From: Callorhinchus milii
Lineage: Eukaryota
Assembly (NCBI RefSeq): GCF_018977255.1
Contig: NW_024704742.1
Span: forward strand, 25,980,001-26,040,000
DNA length: 60,000 nt
Reading direction: 5' to 3'
The notes beneath the pieces are model-generated. The model was not told the DNA's origin, did not search any database, and saw only the letters and a program-made list of their open reading frames with translations. The position numbers and the translations under genes were made by a program. Of this stretch, positions 38,983 to 53,840 are shown in pieces; the stretch's first letter is position 1, and every line of letters starts with the position of its first letter.

Positions 38983-41900
38983 TTGATTCAAATATGAATA
39001 CTGTACCAGTATACTTGAAGGTTTATGCGTGATGTGATATAAATTCCCAAGCACACACTACAAAGATTAGACAAAGAGAAGTGATGCAACATTTAATTCT
39101 TGCTTAATAAGACAATCAATGGAATAGAATAATGTTTGTTAATTTATTTATTTGAGGCAAAGAAACAAAACGAATAATTTCATGTACCCAGTGGATAAGA
39201 TTGATAAATTTTGATTGACTGAATGCAATGAATAGTGACTGGTGCATTTGCCACTGTTTTTATGCATAGGTTTACATTCCTGCCAATCTAATAGCGATGT
39301 ATTGCTGGTATGCTTTGTGCTATGCAAATGCATTTTGTATTGAATTACATTTCAAATGAATTTGTTTTGCGTTATGATCAGGTTTTATGCAAAATTTTGA
39401 TTTCATGGGTATGTTTTTGCGACATAATTGCATTTCTTCAAATGCATTTCTTGTTATTCTACAATCAAATGCAGTGTTTCAATGTCCACAAATAATTATC
39501 AATTGAACAGCTTTTTTTCCCCTTAAAAAAACCTTCTTGTTGCATTTATGGTAGTAATTTAAACTCAGTGTCACTTATAGAGGAAGGTCCACAGTTGAGG
39601 ACACACTTCTATTCCTTCACCGATAAACCTGATTTCACAAGTTAAGGATTATTGTTACTTAGCAAATTGTAGTTGGGATTCAGTAACAAGCAGCACCAAA
39701 GATATCTACACAGTGTTCACTTAGTCCTGTTACCCATGTTCTTTTTCTACAATGCACTGACCAACAACTCTACCATGTGAAATAATGATGATAATTGTAT
39801 TTAGAAGTACGTAATTGTATTCAGTACAAGTGATTAGCTGTATTTAGACGTCCAAAGAATCGGTGTGTGGGCCATCATTTTTATGGCAGACAATGATCCA
39901 TCACCATATTCGTTGTGAATTCTTCTGTAACATGAATACAGTGATGAGGCGAAATGCATCTCTGACAGCTTATTTCAGCTCCTCCGTAGTCTAAGAAAAG
40001 TAAAATTAATTATAAGAAAAACAACAGGGGGTAACAGGACTTTTGGACACCCTGTATACAATTTGCCACAATCATTTTTATTTAGTTTTATTGCATTTAT
40101 ATAATGCTTAATTTCTAACTGTGAATTGACAGCAATACAGTATTTAGCATACTCTCAAAGGTGGCTTTCAGTCATATTATGATTCCAGTTCTATTTAAGG
40201 GCTTTCTTGTGTTGGAGAAGATATTCAGAGCAGGCAAAGAGACACGTTTTGATTTTACGGGTGGTATCATCACAACAGAGACAATAACAACAATATAACA
40301 ACTTGGACTTATTTTGCGCCCTTCACAAGCGGTAGCGTCTCAGAGACAACATTGAACTTCGATATGATTTTCATTGTCTCGTTGAATGTTAGTTTGAAAA
40401 CATTTAAACACACCTCTGCTAACAACTCTCCTAACTTTTCCTAAACAAAATCCTCATTTCTGTTTTGAAAGCAAAACATACACGCATTGCCCTTCACAAA
40501 AGGAGGCTCACCAAACAATTTTCACCACATGTTTAAATGGTAAGATTGCTGAAGAACTGGTTTGATTCTGTATTCCCAGATGGAGGATTATTATTCCAAT
40601 CTTCTTGATTTCATGTGTCAGCTACACGTAGGAAGTGCTAAATGGACTACCCAGAGGAATCCCTAGTTGCCAAGTGTGAAGTTTATTGATTACTTTCATA
40701 AATGAAGCATTCAGGAAAATATCCAGTGACTCAGTGTGTTGCTGAGTAGCTGCAACTTAGTCACTCAACTTAACTACTGTTACCTGTGATTTTCAATGGA
40801 ACCTTCTTGGTTTTATGTGGACTATGATTGTAACAAACTACTTTTGCATTGTGGCTCTAGTCTCCCTGGTTCACACCCTCTCTCTTTCTCTCTCTATCAC
40901 AGTCTATTTCTGCTATCTCTGCTCTATCGATCATTGATATTCTTGGTTTTCCTATCTTGCCTCTCCCAAGCTTCAAATGTGTTATCCTATATTCTCTTCC
41001 TCTATCCTGCATCATACTTGTAGGCATTCACTTACAAAATACACAGTCACTACACTTTACAGTGTATCCTGTGAAGCACTTTGAGATGTCCTGCTGCTGC
41101 GAAAGGTGCTATACCAAATCCAAGATGTGTTGTTATTATCATTTACTTGTGTTGAAATTAACAATCATTGCACTTTCATCTGTTCTTAACATGTTCTTTC
41201 CTTTGACATTAAGACAGTGAAACTCCTTGCTTCCCTCAGTTTTCCCTTCCTTCAACTATTCAAAATCTAGGCTTCACCTAACCACTTTTTCTCTCCTGAT
41301 GCAACTAGCTGAAGCACTACCCTATGGGCACTAGCTCAAAGATTCTCAGGAAACCAACCTGCCATTGGAGATAAGCATTCACATCAGCTCTGATTCTGAT
41401 CATTTAAAATTCAAATGGTCCATAGCCTAAGCGAAAGTGAACACTGTAGATATTGATAGACACTTGGGGAGTCTCTCTAGCTCACCAGGTGAATGCATGC
41501 TAACAGATGGAAAGCTCCCTGTCAGGCAAATACTTATCACAGACGGATGCCACCAGGGTAAGGAAATCTCATATTAATTACATTTTGTCAGATCCCAAAG
41601 GAAACAGATGCTTGGACGAACAGACCCACAGTAGCACCACAGGACTCAGATGGGTTGTAAGAATATCATTGCCAGTAAGAAAAGTAAGGAATGCAAATAA
41701 CCAGCTAATCTGGAAAGATTGATATGCTTCCATAGGTTTCACAGAACTAATACATTACAGTACAATACTGGAGGATGCACACTTTAAGTATATTAAAAAT
41801 ACAATTTATATTTTTCTTTTCAATAAATCTAAACAATTACAATACACAATAAAAAATTGTATATATATAGTGTCTTTCATGTTGAAATACCTCTAAATGA

Positions 41901-42569
41901 ATGATAATGATATAATTCCAGAAATCTGCATTTCTCCATTAATTAAAATATTGCTTACTATTGTTTTCCACAACTATTGTTCATCCACAAGATGTCCACA
42001 AAACGTCCACAGTCACTCAACTTTACTCCACTCCATGCTAACACCACCTTCTTGCCCGATATATAATGCATGGAGCCACTGACATTATATATAGTGTACA
42101 TTATAAGCTAACGGCCTGTTATGCTAAAGTGGAAAGGAGACCACGAAAGCCTTCATTTGTGTCACTATATGTTTGTGAATGCTGGGTGGGCACAGGATTG
42201 GGCTTGGCTGTAAAGCCAAATATCCTGTTACAGCTCACCATTAAAGAGCAGACATGCATGCTGGCAGGTGAGGTCCCTTCTCCCTGTTGAAAGGGAGGGG
42301 AAAGTAGTCAAAGTGCCTTTGTAGGCGAGTAGGTGAGAGGGAGAAAAGTTGGCAAAAAAAAACTGTACAGTTGGAGGAAATATTAATAATCCTTGCATTT
42401 GACACAGTACCTTATCACGCCGTTGAGACAGCTCAAAGCGCTTTATTGGATTTACTGTAAAGTGATGTGATTGTGTGGACATGGGTGAAATAATGTATGA
42501 ATAAGAAAAGATTATTCAGGCTATTGAGTCTGCTCCTCAAAAACAGACCATATTCAAATTGTGCTGACC

Positions 42570-42570
<1 letters not shown>

Positions 42571-42602
<32 letters not shown>
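42571..42602. repeat. (GATT)8 microsatellite
   Basis: Perfect tetranucleotide run. Confidence 0.95.
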
Positions 42603-45256
42603 TAATTCTGATTGATTCAATCACCTGGCAGAGGTGAACAAGTGCAGGTAAAACTTATAAGAGATGAAAGTATGAAAAATTTCCCCCTAACCTCTGCATG
42701 TAATTGAGTAAAAGCTCTTCCATACCAAACTAACTGCATATTAAACACAGGGTTAAATCATACATTTTTAAAAAAAATGTCCTTCAAGCAGACTCTCATG
42801 AATTTAGATTTCATGCAGATTCATAGGTGGAGACTTCTCATGTTTTATATCCATAACCATAGGTGAAATCATTTTGTCAAGTGAAATAGAATTATTTTTT
42901 CTTACCATGGCAGCAATGAATGTATAGCACTCTGATGTAGTTATTTATTCCCTGTAGCAGTATTACTGAAAGATCTTCTGAAAACCTAAAGTGATTTCAC
43001 TGCTGAAATTGACCATTAAAAGAATTCCTTTGGGGGAGGGGGGAGGGGCAAGGAGGAGGAGAAAGTAACCCAACCAATATATTGTGTCTGGCAAGGTTTC
43101 AGAAAGGGGGGGAAAAAATGACTTTTTTTAAAAGATGTAACATTCATTTGTAAATATAATATTAAATCTTTTCCCACCCACATTCACTGTGCAATGTAAT
43201 TTCCAAATACTGTATGTATTTTATTCAGAGAGCCTTCAAAATCTGCTACTTTAGAATATCTGCAGCCAAATATGTTAGGTATATATTCTTCTACATCAGG
43301 CAAACTGAAAAGTATATATACATCAGGCGAACCAGAGTGGTTTATACTAAGGAATATTGAATCATTTGAATTATTTATTATGTAATAATAAATATGTATG
43401 TAATAATAAATAATTGAAATGATTGTTGAGATGTTCCTTAGTATGCATCACTTCGGTCCTTGCAAGCATTCATTTGTCATTTCACTTCTGGTGGATATTC
43501 AATACTTACCGCAGAAGAGAGGAAGGGTGTCTCAGGATCCTTGTCCAGGGTCCTGAAGCAACAATGCCTCAGATAAATTGGTCATTCACCTTATGATTGT
43601 TTGTGTGATCTCAGTATGTGCAAAAGGGTTTCTTGGCAATAATCATGACTAGTGCTTTGAGACATTGAGTTGATAAAATTCTTTCTCCCTCCAGCCCTCC
43701 CCTGAATATGCAACTTGGGTCAAAAGTCTCAATTTTTACAAATAGATTCATTGTAAACTGGACAAGTTTGAATGTTAGCTTTGATTTAGTATTATTCCTA
43801 ATAATATAATGTGATATCGAGTGTAACATTCCAATAAAATACTACAGCAGAGAAGCACCCAAGATTAATTGTTTTTTAAATACTTTGGAAAAATATATTT
43901 CTGTTGGTCTCAATGCACACATTTCATTATTTTGCTGTATTTAATAAAGGAGTTGGATGATGTATACTAAAAGGATTCCTTTACAGGAAAATTGTTGGTG
44001 TCCAAAATCCACCGAGATTCAATAAAAAAAAGGTCATAGAACCAATCCCCACCTCTCCACGGCTGTGTGTTCCTCTTTGGCCTTTTGTTTTAACATTTTT
44101 GGTGGCTTTCAGAAATTGTATTTGGCGTTTTTGTGAATATCACAAACTTCCCCATCCCCCCACCTACACCCTCACCAACACCACCACCCCCACCACCCCC
44201 TCTTGTCACTGTGCAGAATCTACAATGTTGTTAGCAATGTGATAGAAAATGAACAGAAAAGAAACAATGTTGGAAAATTGTATTATGTGCTATTGGAATT
44301 TGTATAGCTATTTTACAAATGATCATTAGCTGAATATTCTGACCCAGCAGGTACTTCGATCAGAGAGCAAATTTATATTCATTTTATTTTGTCCTTTTGT
44401 AATATATGCTGATCTGAGACTTGACTCATCCATCAATGACATGCATGTCTGCAAGATGCCCACTATGATGCGGAAATGTCATGCACTTTATGTCTACGTG
44501 GTTGTATTGTCAGGAATGATGTATGTTGTACAAAATATATTAGGGAGTAAAGAATGTTATTAAGACTTATGATGTTATCAGTGGAGCATATTGAGTGCAG
44601 ATGAGAGGTAATTAACGTTAGCTATGAGTCTTGAGAATAGTTTTGTTGCGAAGGTCCACTGGAAGACACATATTATGATTGTAGTGAAATTAATTTAAAG
44701 GAAAGTGTTATAATCATTCTAAAAACAATTGCTAGTACTCAGATATATAAGTAAAATATCCAGAATATGCAGATCACTACCATTCAGATTTTATTGCTGT
44801 TCTAGCAGGGGGAGAGGGAAGGGGAGGGGGAGGGCAAGGGGGTGGCACTTCTCAATATTACTGCATATAAGTAATATGTTGTTTAATTTTTGCAAAATCT
44901 TTAAGTACTCTATAGAAATTTGGATATGTTGTAATCTGTCACAGTATTTACTTTAAAAGACTAATGTTGAGAGTCAGTGAATACTTCTTGTTATGATCTT
45001 TTGGGGTGTGCAGTACAGTGCAATTGAAACTAAAATAGGAAAACCAATATATAGATTGAGTGTCAAATGTTACTTTATGACCAAAACAATGGCATTGATG
45101 TGCTATTGTTCAGTGAATAGACCATTAATCAGCATTAGGATATTGTGCTCCATTATTTGGAAGTCCAATACCTAATTCTTAAGACGAATGGTTTGTTGAT
45201 GTTAAAAAGGGTATTCGGACAGGGAATAATTGTGTTAATTATCAAAAGGTTGGTAA

Positions 45257-45523
<267 letters not shown>

Positions 45524-45957
45524 TAATGGTTCAATTGAAGGACTAATTTGGTCTTGTCCTTTCAGATTGCCAGGTTCCCTGCATGACACCACCTCACAAC
45601 ATCAAGCTCTTGCTTAAATAAGTCCAGTAACCTGGTCTCAACTATCTTTCCTGGTAACCTCTTCCAGCTCTTGATTACCTTATGTGTATCAAAATAATTT
45701 CCTGTGTTCAGTTCTAAATATGTCTTTCACAATCACGTACTTGTGATTTCTACTTTTTCTGTCCTATCAAGCATTGTATCAACTTCTTTTAGATCCTCTA
45801 TAGACGTCTATTTTTGTGACTGAAATGCTGTTGGTTTATCTAGTTCTTCTTAGCTTACCTTTCTTATACTGGGGATCAACCTCCTAATTGGCTGCTGTGT
45901 TTTGCCCACAAAAATATACAATCAATTCGCTGTTATTCAAATCATTATTATTGCTCT

Positions 45958-46215
45958 CATTCAGGATTTGATGTCCGATAGACATTCTGTCAGGACAACA
46001 ATGGTCCTTTAGTCGAGCATGGAGGCAGAGAGATAGAGTTGGGTGTCATCCACATTACATGTGGAAGTTGACCTCACATCTGCAGATGATGTCACCAAGA
46101 GGGAGCACGTACATGTTGAAGACGAGAGGACCAAGGACAGAGCCCTGAGGAACGTCGCATGAGACTGTGCGGGGGTTGGAGGAGAAGCCATTTGTGGAGA
46201 CAAAGTGAAGCTTGC
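45958..46215 (-). mobile_element. L2 RT fragment
   Basis: [13 protein letters not shown] and DDTQLYLS motifs on the minus strand. Confidence 0.8.
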
Positions 46216-46260
46216 TGTGAGTGCAGCTTGCTCTGAGAGTCAGTGGAAACCTTCTGGGTT

Positions 46261-46430
46261 TATAGAATCATAGAATCGTACAGCACAAAAAGAGGCCATT
46301 CGGCCCATTGAGTCTGTGCCGGCTCTTTGAGAAGAGCAATGCAATGTCAGTCCCACTCCCCAGCCCTTTCCCCATAACCCTGCAAACCCGTTCTCCTCAA
46401 ATACCCGTCCACCGCGTTTTTAAAAGGTTG
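46261..46430 (-). mobile_element. CR1 3' terminal fragment
   Basis: (ATAGAATC)2 tail and gaggccattcggccca stem. Confidence 0.8.
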
Positions 46431-48496
46431 CATGGCCTCTTTTGGCCTATATATTTCTATCTATGTGAATGAAGCTTCTGTTACTTGAGCTCATGGGCTA
46501 TATATCAAATTGCTGGCTCTTTCTTTCCGCTCCATGTGGTTGTGTTTTTTTTGGCTGTTTGGTTTTCCATTACTCTCCCTGGATGATGAATGCCACAAAA
46601 AACATTTGTGGATTCTACTTTTCAGAAGCCAATTTCATGCTGGGTTTGTTTGTTTTTTCATTCTGGATGCTCGTGAATCATTTGTTAATTTGCCATGTTC
46701 ACTTTGCGAACAAAGTCATTTCTGTGCATATGCACTCAGCTTCCTTGTACTATTTCAACTCTATTGCTTCTATCCATGGTTTCATACGAGTCTTTAGTTC
46801 ATTTACACACGTTTCATTGAATATTTAAACATTGTTATTTTGTTACTTATATCTTTGTTGCTTACTCATATCTTAGCCTGCAGAAAATATGAATAGAGGG
46901 TAGAAACTTTTATCTAGGAACCTGAGGATTCGTGCTATGCACTGAGTTTCATTCGTAAGCTATGGCAACAGTCCTTCAAACAGTCCAAATGTCAGAATTT
47001 TTTATTAAAATGTTAAGGTGAGAAAGAAAAGTTTAGACTGCAAACGCTGGAGATGAACATGTGAGCCGTGTGATTCACGGAGTTTTTCTTACTGATGCCA
47101 CAGAGTAATCAGCACCAATCCACATCTATACTTTCATCGTTATTGTCAATTGACTTCACTGCACAGAAGTCAGTTTACAAGCAATGGTTTGTTTTAATTT
47201 AATTCCATGGAAACACCAGTACTGCTCTGGCAACGTTTTCAATTACTGTCAATAAAATATCTCAAAGCACCTTGTGTACAACAGATGTGGTTTCCAAAGA
47301 TATAATGAATCTCTGGACAGGATATAATTTGCAACCAAGACTAAATATTACCAGAATGCAAGGTCTATCATTACCTCCCATCAACAGAAAACCAGAAATT
47401 ACCAATTAACATTGGAACCACCTGACATGTCCAATCCTAGTTATGCTCTATTAATTCCTCCAGGATAAAGGCAACACTACTTTGTGATGAAATCAAGCAA
47501 TTGTACCAGATACAGTTCAATGTCGGAAAGTATGGTAATTCTATGTCAGTTTCTAAATCTACGTAATTTTTAAAGAGCCAACGATGTACAGCTTATTCAT
47601 CATTGACATCTTAGGTAGAGTGTAATATCACCAGAATATATTCATGCTGTCCTATGTCCTAATCACTTAGCTGGTAGATTTCTTGCTCATGGTGTGGCAA
47701 GAAAATCCCACGTCTGAGTTACATTAACTGCCTTTACATCTACAATCAGTCTCAGCTCAACATACCTGGGCTTGCCTGACCATCCATGAAAACAACAACA
47801 ACAACAATATTACATTTGTATAGCGCCTTTCACATTGGGAGGACGTCCCAAGGCGCTGATCTCAGCACAAACATCTCAGTACAAACATTGGTTAGCTCGA
47901 TAGGTAAGCACACAACTACGTTTAGGCAGCATAGTGAGTTGGAGTATGAGCATGTGGATTGATGTCCATGATGGTAGCAATCTGAACAGGATCGTTGGGG
48001 AGAAGCACAAAGCAGAGACAATATCACTTGTCAGAGAGTCACAGGGAAACCTACAGGGAGATTTATCCATAAACAGTTTAACTATACCCTTATAATCAGC
48101 AAGTGATTCTGAGTGACATTGACAAAAGTCTGAACTCACATCATTTTAGTAACAGGAGAAAGTCCTTTGGTCCATCAAGCCCAATCTGCACATAGATCAT
48201 TTCACATCATGGTGTGCTATCACCTCCGTTTAACCCACTTCCTTGCCTTTTCATCATATAATAATAAATAATAATAATCCTTGCATTTGATATAGTGCCT
48301 TATCACGTCGTGGAGACACCTCAAAGCGCTTCACAGAATATACTGTTAAGTGAATTGACTATTTTGTGGGTAAAACGATCATATCCTTTAATATATCTAC
48401 TTCCCAAATATTTATCATTGGCTCAAGCATAAGGTTGAGTGCCATGCATACATACCTTGACTTCTGTTTTTTGATAGATATTACATTTTATATTTC

Positions 48497-48992
48497 ACGT
48501 TCTCTCCCGCACCAGCCTCCGTGACCCTATCACACTCATCTTCGCCCGACTCCACTGGCTTCCTATCGCACAGAGGATGCAGTTCAAGATCCTGGTCCTC
48601 ACCTTCAAAGCCCTCCATGGTCTAGCTCCCTCCTACCTCTGTGACTGCCTAATTCCGCTTCAAATCTACCCGCTTCTCCGCTCAGCAGGCTCCGGTTTGC
48701 TTCACTTCCCCTGACTCGCTCACCCCACCATTGTGGGCCTCTGCCACACTGCCACCACCCTCTGGAACTCCATCCTACAGTCCCTCCGCCTCGCCCCCTC
48801 CCTTACCTCCTTCACGACCCATCTCAAGACCCTCCTCTTCGACCGTGCCTTCAGCCACGCTCCATCCTCCCCTGCCATCCACCCTCCCCTATCATGATCC
48901 CAAGCTCGGGTCCAAAACACTGATTGTCCAGCACCTTGGGATGTCCTGCCCACATGAAAGGCACTATACAAATGTAATTTTATTGTTGTTGT
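48497..48992 (+). mobile_element. L2 LINE 3' end
   Basis: ARLHWLPIAQRMQFKILVLTFKALHGLAPSYL and SFTTHLKTLLF; tail caaatgtaattttattgttgttg. Confidence 0.9.
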
Positions 48993-50458
48993 TTTCCTCA
49001 ATGCATTTGTGCCTCCCTTGGCCCAGCAGAATGTTGCCACACATCTAGACACCAGAAGCATTGATAAATTCTCCTAAGTTGCAGACTGAGCTTGAGTATT
49101 CCTTTTTGCCTGCAACCTTTGAGCAGAAAGGCACATTAAGTTGTTCACAGTTAGAATATCATTTTCAGGATGGTTACAGTACCTGTATTTATTGTGTCCA
49201 TCCAGTTTCTGGTCAGAATCAAACAGTCTCTTCCTTTTACTGCATCGCTTTCTCTCAGTTCTTTTACCATAATTTTGGAAAGTTGAAATCCAATAGAATA
49301 TTAGTGGTTAAATAACTGTGTCCAATATCAAATAATTGTTTGAATCCTTCCCTCTGATTGTGCAGTGTTGTAGGAAGAGCTGGGAGCCCAGCTTGGCTCT
49401 CACTCTCATTGACAATGCAGAGGATGAAGACAAAATAAATACATTTAAAAATAAAGATGAATGAATTATCCAGAGAGTATAAATTGACAGGCTCTTTGTT
49501 AGCGTTGACTGTGAACACGTTCTGTTCTTGTGCTGGTTTCAAGGTTCAGCTGTTGCATGACTCACCTGTTTTTAACATGCCTTGAGCTGAGGCACTGACA
49601 CATAAAAAATACCTGCAGGAAACTGATGATTTTATTGGTAAAGCCAGTGCTTAGAGTGAAGTCAGTGGAAGCCGGAGGGTCTCCAAGGCACTGCCAATAA
49701 CAGAATAGCCAGCTGAAGTCCCCGAGTCACTTCACTTTACAGTATATCCTGTGAAGGGCTTTGGGACATCCTTCTGATATGAAAGGCGCTATACCAAATA
49801 AAAAGATTATTATGATGTTATCACAGTTTAAATCACTTCGTAGAGGCAGTTTCCAGGGGTTTTTCATGATGGGTCGGTCAGACCAATATCACTGCCACAT
49901 TACATAGGAAGGGATATTAATTTTCTTAGTATGTTTTATTGAGGCCAGGAGAGTAGATTCATTTAAAAAGCAGCTTGATACAGTGCTGGGAGTGTTCTGG
50001 AAGGATGTGAACAGATGAGAACGAAGGGCCTTCTTCATCCAAATCAATCTTGTGATCTTGTTACAAGCTCTGGTTCAGTTGTTGTGTAATCTTTATTTCC
50101 ATGCAGATTAAGCTGGTGTTGAGGTAACTTAAATAAAATTTTCGTGTAAATGTTTGAACAAGGTTAGAAGTTAAACACATAGCACTTTAAGCAAACTTAT
50201 TGTTGGACATTAATGATCAGCAATCTTGTAGTTTTAAATCAGATCATTGATAATTACTGATTAATGTAATTGAATGCTTTTGAATTAAAAATACAAACTG
50301 GAGAGTGCATAAATTGTGCATCATCTCTATTTGTTATTGTGATAAAAGCAGATAAATCCATCTTTAGAAATTGCAAGAATTTTGTCACAAAGACCTTTGT
50401 TATTTATTAAATGTACGAGGGAAGAATTTCAATGACTTTGCTCTGTTTCATCTTACAG

Positions 50459-50575
50459 AGACCTTATGACATACACTCCAACACTGCAGTGGAAGAAATA
50501 CTTCTCATGTTCAGAGCTGAAAAAGTACATTGTTCCTCCACCTGGTCAAAAGGCATGGTGGAACTAATAAAGATG
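50459..50575 (+). CDS. STK32B: STK32B exon (equivalent to exon 8): [39 protein letters not shown]
   Basis: Acceptor tttcatcttacAG, donor GTAAAG, 117 bp, phase 0/0. Resembles the STK32B segment RPYEIHS...SSTWCKGMVALL. Confidence 0.94.
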
Positions 50576-50761
50576 GTAAAGAATTGAGCGAAAGGTGCAA
50601 ACTGTATGCACACACTTTTAGTTAATTAAATCAATATGTGCCATGCTCCAGTGTGACACAACACACTATCTCACTCCTGTGTGAAACATACTGTGTCCAG
50701 GCATATTCCTGGAGTGTAATTTGTGATATTTCTTAACAAGATTCCATTAAATGTTCATGCA

Positions 50762-51192
50762 ACTCCATGCCATGACCCGCTCTGTCTTCCCCCACCTCCG
50801 CAACATCGCCCGGCTCCAACACTGTCTCTCACTGCAGGCCGCCGAAATCCTCATACACGCTTTCATTACATCGAGGATCGACTATGCAAACTCATTGCTT
50901 GTCGGCATCCCCAACTCCTCCCTCCACAGCCTGCAGATCATCCAGAACTCTGCAGCCTGTGTCTTCTCCCGCACTAGGCTCCGCGATCCTAACACACCCA
51001 TCCTCGCCTGACTCCACTGGCTTCCCATCAAACAGAGGATACAGTTCAAGATCCTGATCCTCACCTTCAAAGCACTCCACGGTCTTCCTCCGTCCTACCT
51101 CTGCGACCTCCTAACCCCCTATCATCCTGCTCACTCCCTCCGTTCTTTTGACATGAAAGGCGCTGCACAAATGTAATTTTATTGTTGTTGTT
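50762..51192 (+). mobile_element. L2 LINE 3' fragment with a deletion before the tail
   Basis: FPHLRNIARL...HAFITSRIDYANSLL...QNSAA; tail gaaaggcgctgcacaaatgtaattttattgttgttg. Confidence 0.9.
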
Positions 51193-51786
51193 ATGATTTA
51201 TATTGCAGATTGGAATTCCATTGAATCACAAGGAATCTTACTGTCATAAATTAGACCTTCTTGTTAGCACAGAAACTGAGTTTCCTTCAGTTTTATTACA
51301 ATCTGATGATTTCAATGTGTGTGTGTGTGTAGGAGGGGGAGGTCCCAATCTCCAAGACTCTATTTTCCTTGTTTTACCTGATCAATTTGGTGTCTGTGTG
51401 GGGAGGCGGTTTCTGAAAAGGAGTGGGGTGGTATCTGCATCCAATCTCTGATGCTCTGTTGTGAATTGACACTGTGTGGCAGCATAAAGCCAAATTCTTA
51501 AGAAAATGTTGTTTTCATTCTTAAGAAATATTGCATTTCATAGACCCTCTCTGAGTGTATTCTGACTGGCAAGTGTAGAGGGAATATGTTAAAGTCATTA
51601 TTGAGCAATAGTTTGACTACTATTTAATAACTCAATATCAAATTCCTATCGTATATTTACTTAGGCAGAATTAAATCACAATTTTAATTGTGTAATTTGC
51701 ATTACAAAGATTTGGCGACAAATTTGTTTTATTTTGACGCCTCTGAAAGAACCAAATAATAAATGGAGTTGTTTGTTTCACTGCAG

Positions 51787-51912
51787 CTTCTTGTGAAGGA
51801 GCCTGATTGCCGTCTGTCAAGTCTCAAAGACGTCCAAAATTCTCCGTACTTAGCCAATGTGAATTGGGATGCTGTTCTGGAAAAGATTGTCCCACCTGGC
51901 TTTGTTCCAAAT
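51787..51912 (+). CDS. STK32B: STK32B exon (equivalent to exon 9): [42 protein letters not shown]
   Basis: Acceptor tttgtttcactgcAG, donor GTGAGT, 126 bp. Encodes kinase subdomain XI and the start of the AGC tail (NWDAV...PGFVPN). Confidence 0.94.
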
Positions 51913-52611
51913 GTGAGTTAACAGCTAAAGACTAAAATATAACTTTAACTGAATACTGCAGTATGATTTATTTTAACTGCAAGTTTTATTGCTGACTGTT
52001 GTACCTTAGTAAATTGATAAATATTCATACTCCAAGGCAATGAATTTTTAAAACCTTGAATTATCCATACAAATGTATGGAAGTACATGATAATGGATGG
52101 ATAACGAGTCTAGCAGATGAATTAACAGATAAACCAATTTAGCTGACAGCTGTATTGGTTACCTGGCCATTCTACCACAATCCCAGCATCATGTAATAAA
52201 AAATCCTTCTGTTATTCTCCCTTAAAGGCACTGACTCATGCTGACAAAGTGCCAGATACCTTCAAGTAACCCACAAAATTAACCATTCATCATGTCTGAG
52301 CCTAGACAGTGAGTGAGTATCAGTAGACTCGCCAATGATGACCTAGCATGATCCTGTCATCATTGAACATCTACATCACCACACTTTAGAGACGGAATCA
52401 GAACTGATTGCTCTGAAACTACTGACAGCAGCCAGAGCCAGATTCCACTCACTGTTCCCAAACAATATCTGACGCAGTAATTCTTCCAAATCTGTTCCAT
52501 CCATATTCACACTTTGAATAAAACTATTTTGATCCATCATTGAAAACAACAGAGGGGAATGTTCTGCAATTGGCTTTTTTGAAAGAACTGATGATGACAC
52601 TTGCTTGCTAA

Positions 52612-52785
<174 letters not shown>

Positions 52786-52804
52786 TAGACCTTTTATCAG
52801 CAAC

Positions 52805-52935
52805 ATTCCCCTCCCTCGCCTCTCCCGTCCCTCCCATCCCTCTCCCCGTCCCTCCCACCCCCTCCCTCCCTCACACTCCCCTGCCTTCCACCCCTGCCTC
52901 TCTCCCTCTCTTCCTCACTCTCTTCCTCCAACCCC
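52805..52935. repeat. C/T-rich polypyrimidine low-complexity tract
   Basis: Repeated ctccc/ctcccgtccctccca units starting about 40 bp after the exon donor. Confidence 0.85.
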
Positions 52936-53371
52936 AAGTTTCTAGCCTCAGCTCAGCATCTCCACAGAGCATTGTGATTCAGATCACAAACTTGGAAACA
53001 TGATGAAAATCGCACCGATGTCATAGCATACTAAGCAATTTATTTCATCAAAAAAATCAGTTTAGTTCCTTTATGAAAGATTCTACAGAGCCAGTGTAGA
53101 TAATTTTTCTTAGGATGAAAATAGTCTGCTTTTTTGTAAATTAATAACATCATAGTCTTAGCTGTGAGAAAACCACCACACACTAAGGAAATAAATAGTA
53201 CATTTTATTTTTTATCAATCATTAAAAATGTATGAATTATTAACAAGTTGCGGCATCAATAATTCATTTTCAAGTTTTATATGGAGGCCTGGCAGATTAA
53301 TTCATGTTTCTAAATTCTTTTCACACGTACTCTCTGTTTCTTCATCCCTATGAAATGACCTGACCTAATAG

Positions 53372-53436
53372 AATGGACATCTACAACAATGTCTGGACAC
53401 AGTGCATAAGGAGTTCATCATATTCAACAGGGAGAA
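53372..53436 (+). CDS. STK32B: STK32B exon (equivalent to exon 11): NGHLQQCLDTVHKEFIIFNRE(K)
   Basis: Acceptor ctaatAG, donor GTGAGT, 65 bp. NGHLQ-CL-TV--EFIIFNREK matches the STK32B C-tail. Confidence 0.93.
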
Positions 53437-53840
53437 GTGAGTATTCATTGGCTATCTATTTGCTCAGCTGAGTTCAGTGCACTAACTGGCACTAATGGAA
53501 CATTTATTTAAACTGAGCACTTGGTGATTAAAAAATTAATAAAATTATGCATCATAATTTTGCTATCGACAGTACAGTTGGGAGCTGCTTTCAAAAAGGA
53601 AAGTGTTTCCTTACAATGAGAACATGCCTTGAAAAGAATTTAATAAGATGAGCATGAATAATACTCACAGTGAAAACTCAGTAACTGTAAAACTGAGAAG
53701 GAAACAGACAGGCAGGGATAATAATCGTGGTGGCATTTCGAGAAGGTGTCGAGCTAGTGTGTCAAAAATAAAATTATTGTTTCCTATTTTGAATAATTTG
53801 GTTAACCCTGAAGATTGCAGCAGGAAATGCCTGAAATTAT

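Noticed and set aside
40039..40058. Mariner-like TIR end (acttttggacaccctgta)
   Set aside because: No convincing partner TIR was found, so the element cannot be delimited.
46469..46828. Hydrophobic ORFs of 119 and 95 aa
   Set aside because: These come from T-rich composition. The opposite strand has faint LINE linker-like words (KPWI, NPQMFF), suggesting a decayed retroelement rather than a membrane protein.
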